Positions 61,010 through 64,000 of a stretch of 64,000 nt of DNA are shown in pieces. The stretch's first letter is position 1. Every line of letters begins with the position of its first letter. Both the position numbers and the translations under genes were made by a program. Source of the stretch: an uncultured Gammaproteobacteria bacterium (lineage in GTDB: Bacteria; Pseudomonadota; Gammaproteobacteria; Magnimaribacterales; D2472); assembly GCA_964417685.1 (NCBI GenBank), contig CAYQIT010000002.1, positions 87,482-151,481 on the forward strand, read 5' to 3'. Below the pieces are notes generated by a model. That model saw nothing but the letters and a program-made list of their open reading frames with translations. It had not been told where the DNA came from and ran no database searches.

Positions 61010-62118
61010 ATGAAATTTTTCGAAATAATTTACTGATAGTTATTCCATTTTCAATTCTTATTTTAATTGGTTTGATAATGATTTCATCAGCGAGTGTTTT
61101 TATAGCGGAAGCAAATTACAATGATCCATTTTTTTATATCTCAAAACAATTAATATTTGTTTCTATGGGATTTCTTGCTATGGTTTTTTTTCTTATTATC
61201 CCATCTAACTTTTTACTTAAAATTGACTGGTTATTGATACTTATAAGTATATTGTTGCTTGTATTGCTTTTTGTTCCTGATATTGGCACATCTGTAAATG
61301 GAAGTATAAGATGGATAAGAGTTGGATCAATTGGCATACAGCCATCTGAGATATGTAAGTTTAGCCTCATTATCTATATCTCTGGTTATTGTTTGCGGCG
61401 AACTTCAGAACTTCATTCATTAAGAAATTTTTTAAAGCCTCTAGCCCTTCTTTCTATAATTTCACTTTTAATCCTATCTCAGCCTGATTTAGGATCTACA
61501 GCAATAATCTGTTTGGTTGTAGTTGCTATTCTGTTCTACGCTGGGATATCTTTTTTTCAATTTTCACTTTTGACTATTTTAATTGCTATGCTTGGTTTTG
61601 CAGCAATCACTTCTTCGCCAATGAGGATAGCTAGGATGATGGCATATATGGATCCATTTGATCCTGATGTTGTTTTAGGAAGTGGATACCAGTTAGCAAA
61701 TTCACTCATAAGTATTGGCCAAGGTGGTTTTCTTGGCCTTGGGCTTGGTAATAGTTTTCAAAAGAATTTTTTTCTTCCTGAGGCGCACACAGATTTTATT
61801 TTTGCAGTATTGGTAGAGGAGCTTGGGGTGATTGGGGGTATATTCTTGATTGCTGTTTATGTGGTTTTGTTTATAGGAATGCTCAATGTTGCTCTTTCTT
61901 GTATGAAATTAAATAAAGTTTTTCAAGGCTTGGTGTGCTTTGGCACAACGATACTTTTTGCCTCTCAAACGCTATTTAATATATCTGTAAATATTGGACT
62001 TTTACCAACAAAAGGACTGACATTGCCATTCATTAGTTATGGAGGAACAAGCATAATTATAATGATGTCATTAGTTGCTATAGTTCTTAGAATTAATAAC
62101 GAAAACAAACTATCATAG
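61006..62118 (+). CDS. ftsW: SEDS-family peptidoglycan glycosyltransferase FtsW
   Basis: 370 aa, polytopic, with the SEDS motifs QPSE, LPEAHTDFIF and LPFISYGGTS. Confidence 0.92.
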   Translation: MNEIFRNNLLIVIPFSILILIGLIMISSASVFIAEANYNDPFFYISKQLIFVSMGFLAMVFFLIIPSNFLLKIDWLLILISILLLVLLFVPDIGTSVNGSIRWIRVGSIGIQPSEICKFSLIIYISGYCLRRTSELHSLRNFLKPLALLSIISLLILSQPDLGSTAIICLVVVAILFYAGISFFQFSLLTILIAMLGFAAITSSPMRIARMMAYMDPFDPDVVLGSGYQLANSLISIGQGGFLGLGLGNSFQKNFFLPEAHTDFIFAVLVEELGVIGGIFLIAVYVVLFIGMLNVALSCMKLNKVFQGLVCFGTTILFASQTLFNISVNIGLLPTKGLTLPFISYGGTSIIIMMSLVAIVLRINNENKLS

Positions 62119-62124
62119 TAGTTT

Positions 62125-63177
62125 ATGAATATAATAATTTCAGCCGCAAAGACTGGAGGCCATGTGTTCCCAGCAATAGAAGTGGCAAAAGAATTTGCAT
62201 CAAAGGAATGTAATATCTTTTTTATTGGAACTGGTTCAAAAATTGAGAAAAACGCTTTAGAGGGTTTGTCATTTAACTATATACCGCTAAAAATAGATGG
62301 TTTCAGAGGCAAATCACCTTTAAATAAAATTTTGTCTTTGAAAGATACAGTATTTAATATTTTCAAAGTTTATTTCATAATAAAAAGAAACAACATTAAA
62401 TGTATTATAACTTTTGGTGGATTTATTACTGTGCCAGTAGGCTTAGCTGGTTGGCTTGCACGTACGAAGGTCTTCACGCACGAACAAAATTCGGTAATGG
62501 GTTCAGCTAATAAATTACTTTCTAAATTTGCAACAATTAATTTCCTTGCCTTCCCTATAACAGGCAATATTAAACGAAGTTTAATCTCAGGAAATCCAAT
62601 AAGAACATCTTTTAACATTAACAAGGCTCAAGAGAAAGACCGAGACACCAATAAAATTAGGATTTACATCACAGGCGGCAGTCAAGGGGCAAAATATTTC
62701 AATGAAACTTTTCCAAAAAGCTTTGAAGATGTTGAAGATTTAGTACAAATCAAACATCAGTGTGGAAACGGCAACTTCAATGAAGTACAAAATTTATACT
62801 CTAAAACTAATATTGATTTTAGCGTATCAGAATTTTATAAGGATCCAAGTCTTGAAATTGAATGGGCAGATTTTGTTATTTCAAGATCAGGTGCATTAAC
62901 AATATCGGAGGTCTCATCGCTTTCTAAAGGCATGCTTATGATTCCTTTGCCTATCTCCATTGATAACCATCAATATCTTAATGCAAAACATATTTTAGAT
63001 ATTAAAATGGGGGTCATACATGAGGAAGCCGATGGTATAGATAAACTTAATGAAAAATTAAAGAAGATTATTAGTCAAAAAACTTATCTAAATTGGCAAA
63101 AGCAAACCAATTCAAGTCACAAAAATGCAACAAAATTTATACTTAATAACATCTTAAAAGAATATGGAGCCATTTAA
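62125..63177 (+). CDS. murG: UDP-GlcNAc:lipid I GlcNAc transferase MurG
   Basis: 350 aa. N-terminus is AAKTGGHVFPA, followed by ITGGSQGA, with the GT28 C-terminal domain (ISRSGALTISE). Confidence 0.92.
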   Translation: MNIIISAAKTGGHVFPAIEVAKEFASKECNIFFIGTGSKIEKNALEGLSFNYIPLKIDGFRGKSPLNKILSLKDTVFNIFKVYFIIKRNNIKCIITFGGFITVPVGLAGWLARTKVFTHEQNSVMGSANKLLSKFATINFLAFPITGNIKRSLISGNPIRTSFNINKAQEKDRDTNKIRIYITGGSQGAKYFNETFPKSFEDVEDLVQIKHQCGNGNFNEVQNLYSKTNIDFSVSEFYKDPSLEIEWADFVISRSGALTISEVSSLSKGMLMIPLPISIDNHQYLNAKHILDIKMGVIHEEADGIDKLNEKLKKIISQKTYLNWQKQTNSSHKNATKFILNNILKEYGAI

Positions 63178-64000
63178 AAAGATTAGAAAAATTCATTTTG
63201 TTGGTATTGGTGGTGCTGGCATGATTGGCATAGCAAGGGTATTGCTTCAAAAAGGCTACAAAGTTTCAGGGTCTGATTTGTCTATTTCATCAGATTTATT
63301 AAAGTTAAAGAAGGAGGGCGCAACAGTCTTTAAAGGGCATGCTGGAGCAAATGTTATTAACAAAGATCTTATAGTACTCTCATCTGCAATTAATAAGAAT
63401 AACCCTGAGTTAATAAATGCTATTAAGCTTGGTATCACTGTGATTCCAAGAGCCGAAATGTTGGGAAGCATTATGAGAGGTTACGATAGTATTGCAATTG
63501 CTGGCAGTCATGGGAAAACAACTACAACAAGCATGCTTGCAAAAATCTTTAGTGAGGGCAATCTAAGCCCTACTTATGTTGTGGGCGGAAAAGTTCTTAG
63601 CTCTGATCTTAATTCTGATTTAGGAAGTGGAAAATATCTTATCGCAGAAGCAGATGAAAGTGACGGCTCATTTATTCATTTGCATCCCAATGCAGCTGTG
63701 GTTACAAATATTGATGATGATCATCTAGTCCATTATGAGAACAATTTTGAAAAACTATTAGATGCTTTTGTAACATTCTTAGATAATGTGCCATTTTTTG
63801 GATATATAGTTATCAATAATGATGATAAAAACATCAAGAAAATTTCAAAAAGAATTTCAAGAAAACAGATTAAATTTGGTTTCTCAAAATCTTCTGATTT
63901 TCAGATACAACAAGGTGACTATAGTAAAGGTTTTCAAAATTTCTCTATCTTTAATAATTATAAAAATAAAAAATATACCTTTAGCATTTCTTCACCGGGT
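63164..64000 (+). CDS. murC: UDP-MurNAc--L-alanine ligase MurC, 3'-truncated by the window edge
   Basis: Not in the ORF track because it runs off the window. The frame is open from the ATG at 63164 to base 64000 (279 codons). It reads MEPFKKIRKIHFVGIGGAGMIGIARVL...AGSHGKTTTTSML...EADESDGSF. Overlaps the murG end by 14 nt. Confidence 0.92.
   Translation, partial: MEPFKKIRKIHFVGIGGAGMIGIARVLLQKGYKVSGSDLSISSDLLKLKKEGATVFKGHAGANVINKDLIVLSSAINKNNPELINAIKLGITVIPRAEMLGSIMRGYDSIAIAGSHGKTTTTSMLAKIFSEGNLSPTYVVGGKVLSSDLNSDLGSGKYLIAEADESDGSFIHLHPNAAVVTNIDDDHLVHYENNFEKLLDAFVTFLDNVPFFGYIVINNDDKNIKKISKRISRKQIKFGFSKSSDFQIQQGDYSKGFQNFSIFNNYKNKKYTFSISSPG

Overview
This window is AT-rich (roughly one-third G+C by eye) and extremely gene-dense. 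It is core chromosome from a streamlined gammaproteobacterium. The gene order is Pseudomonas-like and the style fits a marine SAR86-type genome, but I cannot name the organism from sequence alone. I call about 69 CDS, 4 tRNAs and RNase P RNA. Most spacers are under 20 nt, and many gene junctions are ATGA or TAATG overlaps.

Content from left to right:
- carA(partial)-carB-greA-rlmE-ftsH-glmM-tpiA-secG
- tRNA-Leu (inverted) and tRNA-fMet
- rimP-nusA-infB-rbfA-truB-rpsO-pnp
- two small paralogous membrane-protein genes and tRNA-Met
- ychF-pth-rplY-prs-tRNA-Gln-ispE-lolB (minus strand), divergent from hemA-prfA-prmC
- an acyl-CoA ligase plus MaoC dehydratase pair
- gatBAC (minus strand), divergent from mreBCD and a shortened YhdP/AsmA-like protein
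- mgtE-rpoN-lptB-lptA-kdsD (minus strand), divergent from mlaC-ibaG-murA
- a degS-like protease, divergent from zapE-rplM-rpsI-petABC-sspA
- lpoA-like, divergent from rsmI-rnpB
- the dcw cluster, mraZ to murC (partial)

I saw no IS elements, integrases, CRISPR arrays, prophage genes or recognisable defence or secondary-metabolite islands.

Observations most worth a second look:
1. A canonical ftsZ sits between mraZ and rsmH instead of at the distal end of the dcw cluster. Three phased AAGTGTG repeats (a candidate MraZ operator) lie just upstream of mraZ.
2. After pnp there is a small unit of two paralogous 2-TM proteins separated by a conspicuous GC-rich GNRA hairpin. I cannot assign them a function.
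3. FtsI has non-canonical SSQ and KTS in place of the SxN and KTG active-site motifs.
4. The envelope loci are stripped down: mlaC without mlaFEDB, and lptA-lptB without lptC or kdsC.
5. The ispE stop codon lies inside tRNA-Gln.
6. The whole window reads as a collinear, deletion-compacted skeleton of a much longer Pseudomonas-type segment.

Everything rests on reading the sequence and ORF track by eye. No database searches were run.
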